This document shows positions 7,955 through 18,056 of a stretch of 25,372 bases of DNA, in pieces. The translations under genes were made by a program, and so were the position numbers. Under the pieces are notes generated by a model. That model was not told the origin of the DNA and did no database searches. It saw only the letters and a list, made by a program, of their open reading frames with translations. Source of the stretch: Candidatus Fraserbacteria bacterium (GTDB taxonomy: Bacteria; Bipolaricaulota; Bipolaricaulia; RBG-16-55-9); NCBI GenBank assembly GCA_037442925.1, contig JBBIPG010000033.1, positions 1-25,372 of the forward strand. The letters are read 5' to 3'. Every line of letters begins with the position of its first letter. Within the stretch, counting starts at the first letter, position 1.

Positions 7955-9130
7955 ATGGGCAGTGTGAAAGGCTTCAAGGGGGTTGACTATTACGGTCTGG
8001 AGGATCTATTCACAGAAGAGCAAAAGCGCATCCGTCGAACGGTGCGGGCCTGGGTAGACGAGAAAGTCATGCCGATCATCGCGCAGTGTTATGAGGAGCA
8101 TCGTTTTCCCGATGAGCTGATCCCAGAAATGGCAGAGCTGGGCTTCTTCGGTGCGAACCTTACCGGCTACGGTTGTGCCGGAGTCGACAACATCTCCTAC
8201 GGGCTCATGATGCAAGAGCTGGAACGGGGTGATTCGGGGCTGAGGAGCATGGCTTCTGTGCAAGGTGCCCTCGTGATGTATCCCATCTACACATTCGGCT
8301 CTGAGACACAGAAAGAGAAGTATCTGCCGGGGATGGCTCGCGGTGAGATCATCGGCTGTTTCGGGCTTACAGAGCCGGAGCACGGTTCCGATCCGGGCGG
8401 CATGGAGACCATAGCCGTCAAGGATCGCAATCAGTACATTCTAAACGGCACGAAGAGTTGGATTACCAATGCGGATGTCTGCCACGTGGCCATCGTGTGG
8501 GCCAAAGTGGACGACGAGGTTCGCGGTTTCCTCGTGGAGCGAGGCACCCCAGGGTTCTCTACTGGCACAATCGAAGGGAAATTCTCCATGCGTGCGTCTC
8601 ATACAGGGGAGATCTACTTGAACGGCTGTCGCATACCCAAGGACAACATGCTCCCTCAGGCGCAGGGACTTAAGGCACCCTTCATGTGCCTCAACCAAGC
8701 CCGCTACGGCATCGCCTGGGGTGTGATCGGAGCGGCTATGGCCTGCTATGAGGAAGCCTTAAACTACTGCCTGGAGCGCGCCCAATTTGGCAAACCCATT
8801 GCCTCCTATCAGCTTGTACAAGAGAAACTCGTGGACATGCTGGCCGAGATCACGAAGGCGCAACTCCTCTGCTATCGTTTGGGACAGCTCAAAGATCAAG
8901 ACCGCATCAAGCACACCCAAATTTCGCTTGCCAAGAGGAACAACTGCCGCATCGCCCTCGATATTGCTCGCCAAGCTCGCGATCTACTGGGGGCAAACGG
9001 CATTACGCTCGACTACCAGGCGATCCGCCACATGACGAATCTAGAGACCGTCTACACCTACGAGGGGACAGATCACATTCATACGCTCATTCTCGGGCAG
9101 GATCTCACCGGAATTCAGGCGTTTCGTTAG
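7955..9130 (+). CDS. gcdH: Acyl-CoA dehydrogenase, glutaryl-CoA dehydrogenase-like
   Basis: ELERGDSGLRS..SVQ, GCFGLTEPEHGSDP, GTKSWITN, CLNQARYGIAWG, QFGKPIA and TYEGT.HIH motifs. ATG 7955 is preceded by SD GGAGGTG. Confidence 0.8.
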   Translation: MGSVKGFKGVDYYGLEDLFTEEQKRIRRTVRAWVDEKVMPIIAQCYEEHRFPDELIPEMAELGFFGANLTGYGCAGVDNISYGLMMQELERGDSGLRSMASVQGALVMYPIYTFGSETQKEKYLPGMARGEIIGCFGLTEPEHGSDPGGMETIAVKDRNQYILNGTKSWITNADVCHVAIVWAKVDDEVRGFLVERGTPGFSTGTIEGKFSMRASHTGEIYLNGCRIPKDNMLPQAQGLKAPFMCLNQARYGIAWGVIGAAMACYEEALNYCLERAQFGKPIASYQLVQEKLVDMLAEITKAQLLCYRLGQLKDQDRIKHTQISLAKRNNCRIALDIARQARDLLGANGITLDYQAIRHMTNLETVYTYEGTDHIHTLILGQDLTGIQAFR

Positions 9131-9324
9131 TCTTTCTGTTCGTTGGCCCAATCGCGCAGCTTACGCAGTTGTCGTAAAGAGAACTCGCGTATCCACTCCG
9201 CGATTTGATCCCCTCTGGCGCTGCTGAAATTGGCGTCGAGTTCTCCTTCTAAGTCCGCGGTGTCCAACCAGGAGACGCCAGCCACTTGCTCCTCAATCTG
9301 CTTGAGTAGATCTTCCTTCTTCAT
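9127..9324 (-). CDS. Small hypothetical protein (65 aa, MKKEDLLKQIEEQ...)
   Basis: ATG 9324 preceded by GGGAGGG SD; charged helical-looking composition; TATAAT about 80 nt upstream on minus strand; fills the gap between gcdH and the ligase. Confidence 0.55.
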   Translation of the reverse strand: MKKEDLLKQIEEQVAGVSWLDTADLEGELDANFSSARGDQIAEWIREFSLRQLRKLRDWANEQKD

Positions 9325-9532
9325 TGAGCATCCCTCCCATTTGTTCCAATCGGAATGAGAATGGCGAACTTTGGGTTCCACCTGAGTTCGATCAGGACTA
9401 GTAATTATATACATAACTCATGGCAAGCAAGCTGGCAAGTCCTAGGTCTTGTCTTTGCCATCCTCTCCGTGGTAAAAATTAAAAGAATCATGAGCAATTC
9501 TACTCCCGATACTTGAGAAAGGGGTCCCGGTC

Positions 9533-11470
9533 ATGAGACAAGAGGTCTTCTGGACTCCGCCGCGTGAGCTGGTCGAGAGAAGCAACATCCACCGCTTCAT
9601 GCAAAAACACGAGATCAAGAACTACCAGGAGCTCGTGCGGCGCTCGACGAACGACATTGAATGGTTCTGGGATGCTGTCGTCCAGGATCTCAACATCGAG
9701 TTCTTCCAGCCGTATGAGAAGGTGCTGGATACCTCGCGGGGGATTCCTTGGGCCAAGTGGTTCGTTGGGGGCAAAACCAATCTGGCACATAACTGCTTGG
9801 ATCGCCATGCTCGTGGGCCTGGCAAACATAGGCCCGCTTTGATATGGGAAGGGGAAGACGGAGCGATTCGGAAGCGCACCTATGAAGAGCTGTATGTGGA
9901 GACAAATAGGGTCGCAAACGCGCTAAAAGAGTTGGGCCTTGGCCAGGGCGATACAGTGGGAATCTTCATGCCGATGGTCCCGGAGATCGTTGCTGCGTTC
10001 CTCGCCATTGCGAAGATTGGTGTGATCCTTGTGCCCATCTTCTCAGGGTTCGGAGCGGAAGCCGCCGCCACGCGACTGAATGACTGTTCAGCCAAGCTTT
10101 TGATCACAGCCGATGGCTTCTGGCGCAAGGGCAAAATCATCGAGATGAAGGCAGTCGCCGATGAAGCTGTGGCGAGGTCTCCCAGTGTGCAGCACCTGAT
10201 TGTGCTCCGGCGTCTCGGCGTAGAGACCCCTTGGGTGAAAGAGCGAGACTTGTGGTGGCATGAGGTGGTGAACCAGCAATCCGAAAGATGTGCTACGGAA
10301 GCTATGGATTCCGAAGATCCTTTCATGGTCATCTACACATCCGGGACTACGGGAAGACCCAAGGGCTCCGTGCATGTCCATGGTGGTTTTACAGTGAAGA
10401 TCGCAGAGGAAGTGGCCTACCAGACGGATCTTCAAGATAACGACGTGCTCTATTGGGTGACGGATATGGGCTGGATCATGGGGCCCTGGGAAGTCGTGGG
10501 TGGATTGGCTTTGGGTGGCACGATCTTCCTGTACGAGGGCGCGCCGGATCATCCGGGGCCGGATCGTCTATGGTCGATGATCGAGCGCCACAGAATCACC
10601 ACGCTGGGGATCTCACCGACTCTGATTCGAGCCTTGATGCGGCATGGCGAAGGCCCTCTTAAGAAGCATGATCTTAGCTCCCTACGGATCTTGGGTTCTA
10701 CGGGCGAGCCTTGGAATCCTGACCCTTATCGATGGTGTTTTGAGAAGGTGGGGCGTGGACGCTGCCCGATCATCAATCTATCGGGGGGGACCGAAGTAGG
10801 CGCTTGCTTTCTATCTCCGCTGCCCATCACGGAGCTCAAGCCGTGCACGCTTCGGGGTCCGGCGCTGGGGATGGACATCGACGTCTTCGATGAAACGGGA
10901 AGACCCGTTCGAGGTCAAGTAGGTGAGCTTGTTTGCAAGAAGCCTTGGCCAGGCATGACACGTGGACTCTGGAAGGACCCCGAACGTTACATGGACGCCT
11001 ACTGGTCTCGCTTTGAAGGCGTCTGGACGCACGGCGACTGGGCCTTTGTGGATGAAGACGGCTTCTGGTTCCTGCATGGCCGCAGTGACGACACGATCAA
11101 AATTGCAGGTAAGCGACTAGGACCAGCTGAAGTCGAGTCTGTGCTGGTCTCGCATCCGGCAGTAGCAGAGTCGGCGGCCGTTGGCGTTGCAGATGAGCTT
11201 AAAGGTGAGGCGATCTGGTGCTATGCTGTGCTTCGGCCCAATCATCAGCCCAGCGATGCGCTCAGGGAGGAACTACGTCAGCTTGCAGTTGGAAAGCTCG
11301 GAAAGTCGTTCGCGCCTGATCAGATCAAATTTGTGAAGGAGCTTCCCAAGACGCGCAATGCCAAGATCTTACGGCGGGCGATCCGTGCGGTGGCGCTAGG
11401 CAAGGACCCCGGAGACCTCTCGAATCTGGAAAACCCTCAAGCTTTGGAGGAGATCAAGCGGGCGGTATAA
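9533..11470 (+). CDS. AMP-forming acyl-CoA synthetase, acetate-CoA ligase family
   Basis: YTSGTTGRPKG AMP-binding motif, D.GWI.G, LGSTGEPWNP, GRSDDTIKIAGKRLG and LPKTRNAKILRR (catalytic Lys). Substrate cannot be fixed from sequence. Confidence 0.88.
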   Translation: MRQEVFWTPPRELVERSNIHRFMQKHEIKNYQELVRRSTNDIEWFWDAVVQDLNIEFFQPYEKVLDTSRGIPWAKWFVGGKTNLAHNCLDRHARGPGKHRPALIWEGEDGAIRKRTYEELYVETNRVANALKELGLGQGDTVGIFMPMVPEIVAAFLAIAKIGVILVPIFSGFGAEAAATRLNDCSAKLLITADGFWRKGKIIEMKAVADEAVARSPSVQHLIVLRRLGVETPWVKERDLWWHEVVNQQSERCATEAMDSEDPFMVIYTSGTTGRPKGSVHVHGGFTVKIAEEVAYQTDLQDNDVLYWVTDMGWIMGPWEVVGGLALGGTIFLYEGAPDHPGPDRLWSMIERHRITTLGISPTLIRALMRHGEGPLKKHDLSSLRILGSTGEPWNPDPYRWCFEKVGRGRCPIINLSGGTEVGACFLSPLPITELKPCTLRGPALGMDIDVFDETGRPVRGQVGELVCKKPWPGMTRGLWKDPERYMDAYWSRFEGVWTHGDWAFVDEDGFWFLHGRSDDTIKIAGKRLGPAEVESVLVSHPAVAESAAVGVADELKGEAIWCYAVLRPNHQPSDALREELRQLAVGKLGKSFAPDQIKFVKELPKTRNAKILRRAIRAVALGKDPGDLSNLENPQALEEIKRAV

Positions 11471-12547
11471 TCAATTCACTAACCGCAGCTCTTGATATTC
11501 ACTCTCGCACGGCGGCCCATCGCTGATCCACATCGTTCGCTCATGTAAATCCATGATCACTGATGCGACCGTCTGATAGTGCTCTGCCGGTGGTTCTTCT
11601 TTGTCGATGTGGCGGCAGATGGAGTAGGGATGCCCATCGTGATCCCGCAAATATGTCTTCATGTCGTCTACCGTGAGCGAACGCTTTGCTGCAAGTAGCC
11701 GGCGTATGCGCTTCAGGCGATGATACGAATGTGGCCTCTTCTCGCTGGGAGGCTCAATGACTCCTAGGACTTCGGGCTCCAGAAAGTGGTTTGTATGCGA
11801 GAGCAAGCCATTCTCCGGCTTTAATGTCCGCGTAGATAAAGGAGCAGCCTCGATGTCCACCGCTCGATCGTCGATGTGAGCGATGAGGTAATTGGCGGAG
11901 CATGCTCGTTGGCCTTGCGTGATGATCCTTTCGGCATACTCCAGGTTCTTCGCGCGCAGGATCTCATAGCATCGCACGTGGAACGGCACAGCTAGCCGAG
12001 ACCAATCGTCATCCGTCGAGATCAACCCGTTGATAGCCAAGCCCAATCCCCTAGAATTCAGGCCGATCTTGCCGCCTACGATTCCTGCCTCAGTAAAGCA
12101 AAGCACCTCACAGTCTTTCTCGTGCACATGGAGCACAGCGCCTTGTACTTGAGGAATCCAATCCCAGTTTTCACCCATCAACAAATGGCCATCGGCTGTG
12201 ATTTCAGGCAAAGCGACAAACGATGTGCAGCCATCATTGAGAGCATTGGCCGTGAATTGATGATAGAGGATCTCATAACGTACGTTGAGGGCAACGACTT
12301 CCAGTACAGCGCGACCGGAGCCCTCGGCAACTCCCCTCATGGCATCGGCATACGCTGCATTCTGACTCTGAATCCCATGCCAGTAGTCCGATGCGCGCCT
12401 AAGTACTTCCTCCCGCGAGATTCTACCTTCCCTCTCAAAACGGTCAAAGTACACGTTTAGATTGTGCTCAATACGTGTGCGCAGCTTCTTGCCGTGCGCG
12501 AGACCCTGCTCGAAGGGTTCCCCTCGAAGCTCAACGAACGGAAGCAC
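11471..12547 (-). CDS. Peptidase C45 / acyl-CoA:6-APA acyltransferase-like Ntn hydrolase
   Basis: G.PFEQG.AHG N-terminus, ALNVRYE, autoprocessing site DG|CTSF, GENWDW, TEAG..GKIGLNS.G and HTNHF motifs. Confidence 0.88.
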   Translation of the reverse strand: MLPFVELRGEPFEQGLAHGKKLRTRIEHNLNVYFDRFEREGRISREEVLRRASDYWHGIQSQNAAYADAMRGVAEGSGRAVLEVVALNVRYEILYHQFTANALNDGCTSFVALPEITADGHLLMGENWDWIPQVQGAVLHVHEKDCEVLCFTEAGIVGGKIGLNSRGLGLAINGLISTDDDWSRLAVPFHVRCYEILRAKNLEYAERIITQGQRACSANYLIAHIDDRAVDIEAAPLSTRTLKPENGLLSHTNHFLEPEVLGVIEPPSEKRPHSYHRLKRIRRLLAAKRSLTVDDMKTYLRDHDGHPYSICRHIDKEEPPAEHYQTVASVIMDLHERTMWISDGPPCESEYQELRLVN

Positions 12548-13496
12548 CCTTGAGCTCCTTGGCGAAAGTGATCCAAGCGGGTTGCTTGATGTAACCCAGT
12601 TGCTCGTTGATGGAGAGCATCGCGCGATTGTTGCTCTCGTTCCACGTCTTGATCACTTGGTAACCCTGTGCTTTGGCGAAGGCAATGGTCTTGAGCTTGA
12701 GTGCCAAAGCGACGCCTCTACGACGATATTCACGACGTACACCCGTAAGACCCGTGTAGAGTTCCTTGGGGTTGCCCTGAGATTTCCAGAGTGCGCTTGT
12801 GCCTACATAGCGATCTCCGTCCACAGCGATGTACCAGGCTTCCGGAAAGAGATCGGGGTTCTTCAAGAACCTCTGTGAGTACACCTCAAAGCTCAAGGGA
12901 GTGGGCGGATCGAGAGAGGGGACGTCGCTCTGAAGATCGGATTCGAGTTGGTGAAGCTTGCGGTCGCGATCGGGGTCGCTCACCAACTGGGCCAAAGTGA
13001 GTAGTCGGATCCCCTCCTCCACGCGCTCCGGCTGCCCCTCGTAGGGAGTGAAATCAAAGCTCTGCACATTGAGGCGGGACTCCCAATCGCGCTGGGCTTC
13101 GCCGAAGCCGCGTTTCGTAAGGAATTGAATGCTCTGCTGGTAATCTTCGCGAGAACGGGCGCGCAGGGCAATGGGATCAAAGCGTTCCAGCTCTACCATG
13201 AGATGGTCATACAGAGCTGAACCGATACCACGCCTCCGGTGATCCGGATCGACGTCAATCTCGATGTCGAACTTCTGAGGGTGATATCGCCAGGGGTGTT
13301 GGCTGTAATGGCCAAAGGCAACCGACTTACCCCTCTCTTCAACCACATATCGCTGGAAGCGGCAGTGGGGCTCACGAAAGCTATCCCAATAGCGCTCTTC
13401 CTCAACCGTGCTGGGATACTCCGGATAGACGCGATTCCCGATGGCCACGATGGCCGGATAATCGTCCGGAGTGAATGGTCGAATCCGAAAACTCAT
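12531..13496 (-). CDS. Tandem (double-domain) GNAT N-acetyltransferase
   Basis: Two acetyl-CoA-binding motifs, VDPDHRRRGIGSAL and GVRREYRRRGVALALK, plus TWNESNNRAMLSINEQLGY. Confidence 0.88.
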   Translation of the reverse strand: MSFRIRPFTPDDYPAIVAIGNRVYPEYPSTVEEERYWDSFREPHCRFQRYVVEERGKSVAFGHYSQHPWRYHPQKFDIEIDVDPDHRRRGIGSALYDHLMVELERFDPIALRARSREDYQQSIQFLTKRGFGEAQRDWESRLNVQSFDFTPYEGQPERVEEGIRLLTLAQLVSDPDRDRKLHQLESDLQSDVPSLDPPTPLSFEVYSQRFLKNPDLFPEAWYIAVDGDRYVGTSALWKSQGNPKELYTGLTGVRREYRRRGVALALKLKTIAFAKAQGYQVIKTWNESNNRAMLSINEQLGYIKQPAWITFAKELKGASVR

Positions 13497-13506
13497 TGAC
13501 TCCCCC

Positions 13507-13872
13507 CTAGGCAGCCGTAGTGGTCTTCTGCTGTTTGAGATACTGCTGGAGGAGTTCGCGGCTCTTGCCCGGTGGATACTTTTCGAGGAAATCTTCTGGG
13601 CTCAAGCGATAATAGTCCGCGTTCTTTTCGGCAAAGAGCATGAAGGGCTTGGGGATACCCCAGATGGGATCGCTCTCAGGGTAGATGGCCCTCACGGGGC
13701 AGACGGCCATACAGGCTCCGCAGTTGATGCAGACTTTTGGGTCAATATAGAGTTGCTCTGCTTCCTCGAATCCCGCTTCTCCCTCGCGTGGGTGAATGCA
13801 GTCCACCGGGCAGACTTTTTCACACTCTGTAGCCTTGGTTCCGATGCAACCCTGACTGATGACGAACGCCAT
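13507..13872 (-). CDS. 7Fe-type ([3Fe-4S]+[4Fe-4S]) ferredoxin with C-terminal extension
   Basis: C-x7-C-x3-CPVDC followed by CINCGACMAVCPV; GGAGAG SD-like sequence upstream. Confidence 0.88.
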   Translation of the reverse strand: MAFVISQGCIGTKATECEKVCPVDCIHPREGEAGFEEAEQLYIDPKVCINCGACMAVCPVRAIYPESDPIWGIPKPFMLFAEKNADYYRLSPEDFLEKYPPGKSRELLQQYLKQQKTTTAA

Positions 13873-13889
13873 CGGTGGATCTCCTCCGT

Positions 13890-14642
13890 TTATAGTTCTC
13901 GTGCGAACTCGTGAATCGCATCGTTGAGCGCCTTCGGTTGCTCGAGCATCACATTGTGTCCGGCTCCCTCAATGATCTTACACTGAGCCTCCGGCAGTTG
14001 GTCCTTCAAGTATTGAGAATACTTCACCGGAGTCAGTTTGTCATCTCGGCCGCATACTACCAAGGCCGGAACTTTGATTTCACTAAGGCGGTCCATGACG
14101 TTGAAGCCATCACAAGTGGCAAAATCACGCTGTAAGGCTCGCTGGCCGTTGCGCCGCATCTGTTCTCGTCTCCACTGGCGAAGCCCTTCGGGCGCATCAT
14201 CTCGAAACTCCCATGGCAAGAGAAACTCGATCGCGCTGTCAAAGTCTGTGGCAGCCAATGAGAGGATCTCAGGATGGACACGCAACTTCGCTCCAGTGCC
14301 GATGAGTCCGATCGCCCGCAAGTTTCTTGGTTTCTGGAGTGCCACATTCAGTGCGATCGCACCGCCCAAGGAGTGACCCAGAAGGAAGACTGGCTCTTCG
14401 AGATCTGCCATGACGGCGAGCACATCTTCCGTATAAGTCACGAGTCCCTCCCCTTCCCGTTGTGGGCTCTGACTGTGACCATTGAGGTCTAGCGAGGCGA
14501 CGGCATACGACTTCTCAAGGGCGGCGTGTTGATGGTTCCAGAGGGTGTGATCGGCTCCAGAGCCATGCACAAATACGAGAGGCAGCCCTCGACCTCCCAG
14601 GCGAACGTGGACGGCTGTGTCCCTGACGTTAACGGTCGGCAT
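13890..14642 (-). CDS. Alpha/beta fold hydrolase (start probably ATG 14642, MPTVNVRD)
   Basis: FVHGSG oxyanion region, GHSLGG nucleophile elbow, Asp in GRDDKLTP, His in GAGHNV. Confidence 0.88.
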   Translation of the reverse strand: MPTVNVRDTAVHVRLGGRGLPLVFVHGSGADHTLWNHQHAALEKSYAVASLDLNGHSQSPQREGEGLVTYTEDVLAVMADLEEPVFLLGHSLGGAIALNVALQKPRNLRAIGLIGTGAKLRVHPEILSLAATDFDSAIEFLLPWEFRDDAPEGLRQWRREQMRRNGQRALQRDFATCDGFNVMDRLSEIKVPALVVCGRDDKLTPVKYSQYLKDQLPEAQCKIIEGAGHNVMLEQPKALNDAIHEFAREL

Positions 14643-16731
14643 TGGCCTGATTTCTTGTGGTAGGGGGCTGACCTTCGACGACGATCTTCGAGAGATCTCC
14701 AATCGTGAGGAAGAGCCCTACGATCCTTGCCAAAAAACCCAGGCGATTCTGGCGGATGAAAGCGTCAGGGGCCATGACGAGCACATCATCGAAATATCGA
14801 TCGATCGGTTCTCTTAGCGCGATCAAGCGCTCGATGATGCCACTGTAGTCATGCTGAGGCAAGAGCTGCTGAATGTGCCCCTCGGCCTTGAGGTACGCCC
14901 GCCAGAGTTCGCGCTCGGCTTCCTCCTGAAAGCGATGCGGATCGAAGCCATGTGCTTTCTGGCCTCGTGTGATGTTCGCGGCCCGCGAGAAGGCAATCAC
15001 CAGAGACTGGAATCGCTCTTCCTCACGGATCTTCTCCAGACTGCGCGCCTTCTGAAGCGCTCGATAAAAATTCCCCTCCCGCGTGGCGACGATCGCATCG
15101 ACTACGTCATATGCAGTCTTCCAGTCGGTCCGTAGTTCGTAATAGAGCCTTTCGTTGAGGAAGTCCTCCATGCGTTGCATCGGATGACGCTCCGGCAAAA
15201 ACGTGTATAGATGTTCCAGATCGCGAATCAATTGGAAGAAATCCAGATCGAGCTTTCTCTCTAAAGCGATGCGGATGATCCCATTCGCTTTTCGCCGTAG
15301 GCCATATGGGTCCCGTGAGCCGGTCGGCTCCTCCCCCAGGAGCAGCGATCCAATCACCGTATCGAGTTTATCGGCAAGGCTTGCCACAATGCCCGTCACG
15401 CTTTTAGGCGCCGGATCTTCTGCCCCCTTGGGCAAGTGATGCTCGTAAATGCCACGACTGACGAGCTCGCTCTCCCCCTCTAGCTCGGCGTAGACCCCAC
15501 CGACGATGCCTTCCAGATCAGGAAACTCCCCCACCATGGCCGTCAAAAGATCTGCTTTACAGAGGCAGATCGTGCGGTCGATCTCCTTGAACTCGCTATA
15601 CCCAAGGCGCTTCGCGATCTCAGCCGCAATGACCCTCATGCGCTCGACCTTATCCCAGATGGAGCCGAGCTTCCCCTGGTAGATGACGTTACGAAGCTCT
15701 GGCGCGCGCTCCGCCAGCGTCCGCTTGCGATCCGTCTCAAAGAAGAATTTCGAATCGGTAAGGCGCGCTTTGACCACGCGTTCGTAGCCTCGACGAACCG
15801 TCCCATCGGTGTCTTCCGCTCCATCCCGAAAGCCGACAAAATATGGCGAAGCCCGTTCGCCCATCACAAAGGGCACGAACCTCTGGTGCTCCACCAGGGT
15901 CGCCTGCAGGATCTCCTTCGGCAGTTTGAGGAAGCTTTCGTCTATGTGTCCTAAGACCGCGACCGGATGCTCGAGATTGTCAGCGATCTCTCCTAAGAGT
16001 TCTGGGTTGAGGACATAGTGAGCTTTCAGTTTCTGCGAGATCTTCTTGAGCGAGGTCTCAATGAGAGATCTCCGCTCGAGTTGATCGAGGATGACCCCAC
16101 TTTGCTGCATCCTCTCGAAATACTCTGGGATGCTTCGTATCGAGATCTCCTGAGAGCCCATAAAGCGGTGGCCCTTGGTGAGCTGGCCGGAGCGGGTGCG
16201 CCCGTAGGTGAACTCGACGGGATCGTCGCCAAAGAGGCAGAGCAGCCAGCGAATGGGACGAATGAAGCGAAGGCCCGACTCATCCCAGCGCATCGTCTCA
16301 GAAGGGCTGAGTTTGCCAATCAGCTGCGGCAGATATTCTGGCAGAAGGTCTATCGTCGGTCGGCCGGAGATGGTCTTCTTGAGATAGAGATATTCCCCTT
16401 CAGGAGTTTCTCGAACAAAGAGTTCTTCCGGTGACACAGCATGGCTGCGACAGAACCCCAGGGCTGCTTGTGTGGGCTGACCCTGAGCATCCAAGCCCAC
16501 CCGCTTGGCGGGTCCTTTGATCTCTCGAACGGTCTCGTCTTGCCCTTCGTCTAGGCCTTTCACTAAGAGTACGAGTCTCCGCGGAGTGTAGTAGACCGCC
16601 ACGGCTTCGAAGCGAACTCGAGCTTCCTTTAGGAGTTCTTCCGTTGCGGACTTGAGCTGATCTGCGAGTCGTGGCGACTCTCGCGGTGGAAGTTCTTCGA
16701 CACCGATCTCCAGGAGCAAATCACGTAGCAT
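14629..16731 (-). CDS. glyS: Glycine--tRNA ligase beta subunit
   Basis: LLLEIGVEELP, TPRRL, MRW, FIRPIRW, ARLTD.KFF, CKADL.T.MVGEFPDLEG, PTGSRDPYGLRR and C-terminal RQNRL motifs. Confidence 0.96.
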   Translation of the reverse strand: MLRDLLLEIGVEELPPRESPRLADQLKSATEELLKEARVRFEAVAVYYTPRRLVLLVKGLDEGQDETVREIKGPAKRVGLDAQGQPTQAALGFCRSHAVSPEELFVRETPEGEYLYLKKTISGRPTIDLLPEYLPQLIGKLSPSETMRWDESGLRFIRPIRWLLCLFGDDPVEFTYGRTRSGQLTKGHRFMGSQEISIRSIPEYFERMQQSGVILDQLERRSLIETSLKKISQKLKAHYVLNPELLGEIADNLEHPVAVLGHIDESFLKLPKEILQATLVEHQRFVPFVMGERASPYFVGFRDGAEDTDGTVRRGYERVVKARLTDSKFFFETDRKRTLAERAPELRNVIYQGKLGSIWDKVERMRVIAAEIAKRLGYSEFKEIDRTICLCKADLLTAMVGEFPDLEGIVGGVYAELEGESELVSRGIYEHHLPKGAEDPAPKSVTGIVASLADKLDTVIGSLLLGEEPTGSRDPYGLRRKANGIIRIALERKLDLDFFQLIRDLEHLYTFLPERHPMQRMEDFLNERLYYELRTDWKTAYDVVDAIVATREGNFYRALQKARSLEKIREEERFQSLVIAFSRAANITRGQKAHGFDPHRFQEEAERELWRAYLKAEGHIQQLLPQHDYSGIIERLIALREPIDRYFDDVLVMAPDAFIRQNRLGFLARIVGLFLTIGDLSKIVVEGQPPTTRNQANADR

Positions 16732-16764
16732 CGATCATTCCTTCTTGCACAGAGCAGCTCTGGT

Positions 16765-17679
16765 CTACTCCGCGCGAACCGGTGCACGTTCGCGGGATGA
16801 AGAGTTCCGAAGTGGAGCGATATAAGCACGTGCACACCCGCGCGCGAGGTCCTGCACGCGCTGGATGAAGCGTTCTCGCTCGGTGGTGCTGATGGCACGA
16901 CGAGCATCCAACAGATTGAACAGATGTGAGCACTTGGCGGTATTCTCATACGCCGGAAAGACCAACTGCGCCTTCAGGAGCCTCTTGGCCTCGGTCTCGT
17001 GAATCTCGAAGAGGCGGAGCAGCGTCGGCACATCCGCTGCCTCAAAATTGTACGTGCAGAACTCTCGCTCGGAGCGCAATTTCAAATCCCCGTACGTGTG
17101 TTCTGCGTTCCAGGCAAGATCCCAAACTCTCTCGACGTTCTGAAGGACCATGGCAATCCTCTCTGTCCCGTATGTCAGCTCACACGATATGGGCGAAAGC
17201 TCAAAGCCTCCCATCTGCTGAAAGTAGGTGAACTGAGAGATCTCCAGACCATCGAGCACCACCTGCCAGCCCAGCCCGGAAGCGCCCAAGGTCGGGCTCT
17301 TCCAGTCATCCTTCTCGAAGCGCACATCGTGTCGCTTCAAATCGATTCCCAGTTCTTGCAGGCTCTTCAGATAGAGATCTTGCACGTCATCAGGAGAGGG
17401 CTTGAGGATCACCTGATACTGATAATAGAACTGCATGCGGATGGGGTTATCGCCGAAGCGACCGTCGGCAGGTCGGCGGCTCGGCTCGATATACGCTACG
17501 CGCCACGGCTGGTCGCCCAAGACTCCAAAAAACGTGGCTGGATGGAACGTCCCTGCTCCCACCTCGACATCAAAAGGCTGTTCCAGCACGCAACCTTGCG
17601 CTCTCCAGAACTCCTGAAGCTTGAGAAGCAGCTCTTGGAAATTCATGTCTGGGTGGGAAGAGGAGAGTCCAGACGTCAC
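16765..17679 (-). CDS. glyQ: Glycine--tRNA ligase alpha subunit (start GTG 17679 or ATG 17646)
   Basis: [43 protein letters not shown] and [14 protein letters not shown] motifs. Confidence 0.96.
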   Translation of the reverse strand: MTSGLSSSHPDMNFQELLLKLQEFWRAQGCVLEQPFDVEVGAGTFHPATFFGVLGDQPWRVAYIEPSRRPADGRFGDNPIRMQFYYQYQVILKPSPDDVQDLYLKSLQELGIDLKRHDVRFEKDDWKSPTLGASGLGWQVVLDGLEISQFTYFQQMGGFELSPISCELTYGTERIAMVLQNVERVWDLAWNAEHTYGDLKLRSEREFCTYNFEAADVPTLLRLFEIHETEAKRLLKAQLVFPAYENTAKCSHLFNLLDARRAISTTERERFIQRVQDLARGCARAYIAPLRNSSSRERAPVRAE

Positions 17680-18029
17680 GAGAGCTTGGCTTTGGCCAGC
17701 TCAACGAGCTGATCGAAGGCCCGTTCGTCACGTACGGCCAGATCGGCCAGCATCTTGCGGTTGAGAGCGATCCCCGCATCGCGGATGCCCTGCATGAAAC
17801 GCGAATAGGGGAGCCCTCTCGCGCGGCTTGCGGCACTGACTCGCACGATCCAGAGACTGCGGAAGTCGCGCTTGCGCAGTTTCCGACCGATGTACGCATT
17901 CCGCAGCGCTTTCATGACGCGCTGCTTGGCAATGCGATAGCACGAATGCCTCTTGCCCTTAAATCCCTTGGCCAGCTTGAGAATCCTCTTTCGCCGCTCC
18001 TTACGAACGTATCCGCGCTTGACGCGCAT
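17676..18029 (-). CDS. rplT: 50S ribosomal protein L20
   Basis: [25 protein letters not shown] and [11 protein letters not shown] motifs. Confidence 0.97.
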   Translation of the reverse strand: MRVKRGYVRKERRKRILKLAKGFKGKRHSCYRIAKQRVMKALRNAYIGRKLRKRDFRSLWIVRVSAASRARGLPYSRFMQGIRDAGIALNRKMLADLAVRDERAFDQLVELAKAKLS

Positions 18030-18056
18030 CGTCTTCTCCCTTCCGTTGGAACGTCG

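Noticed and set aside
9421..9440. TGGCAAGCAAGCTGGCAAG as a sigma54 promoter
   Set aside because: GG-to-GC spacing is 11 rather than 10 and the -12 TTGC is absent.
17646..17700. T-box leader for glyQS
   Set aside because: glyQ abuts rplT with no room for a leader; no T-box motif seen.
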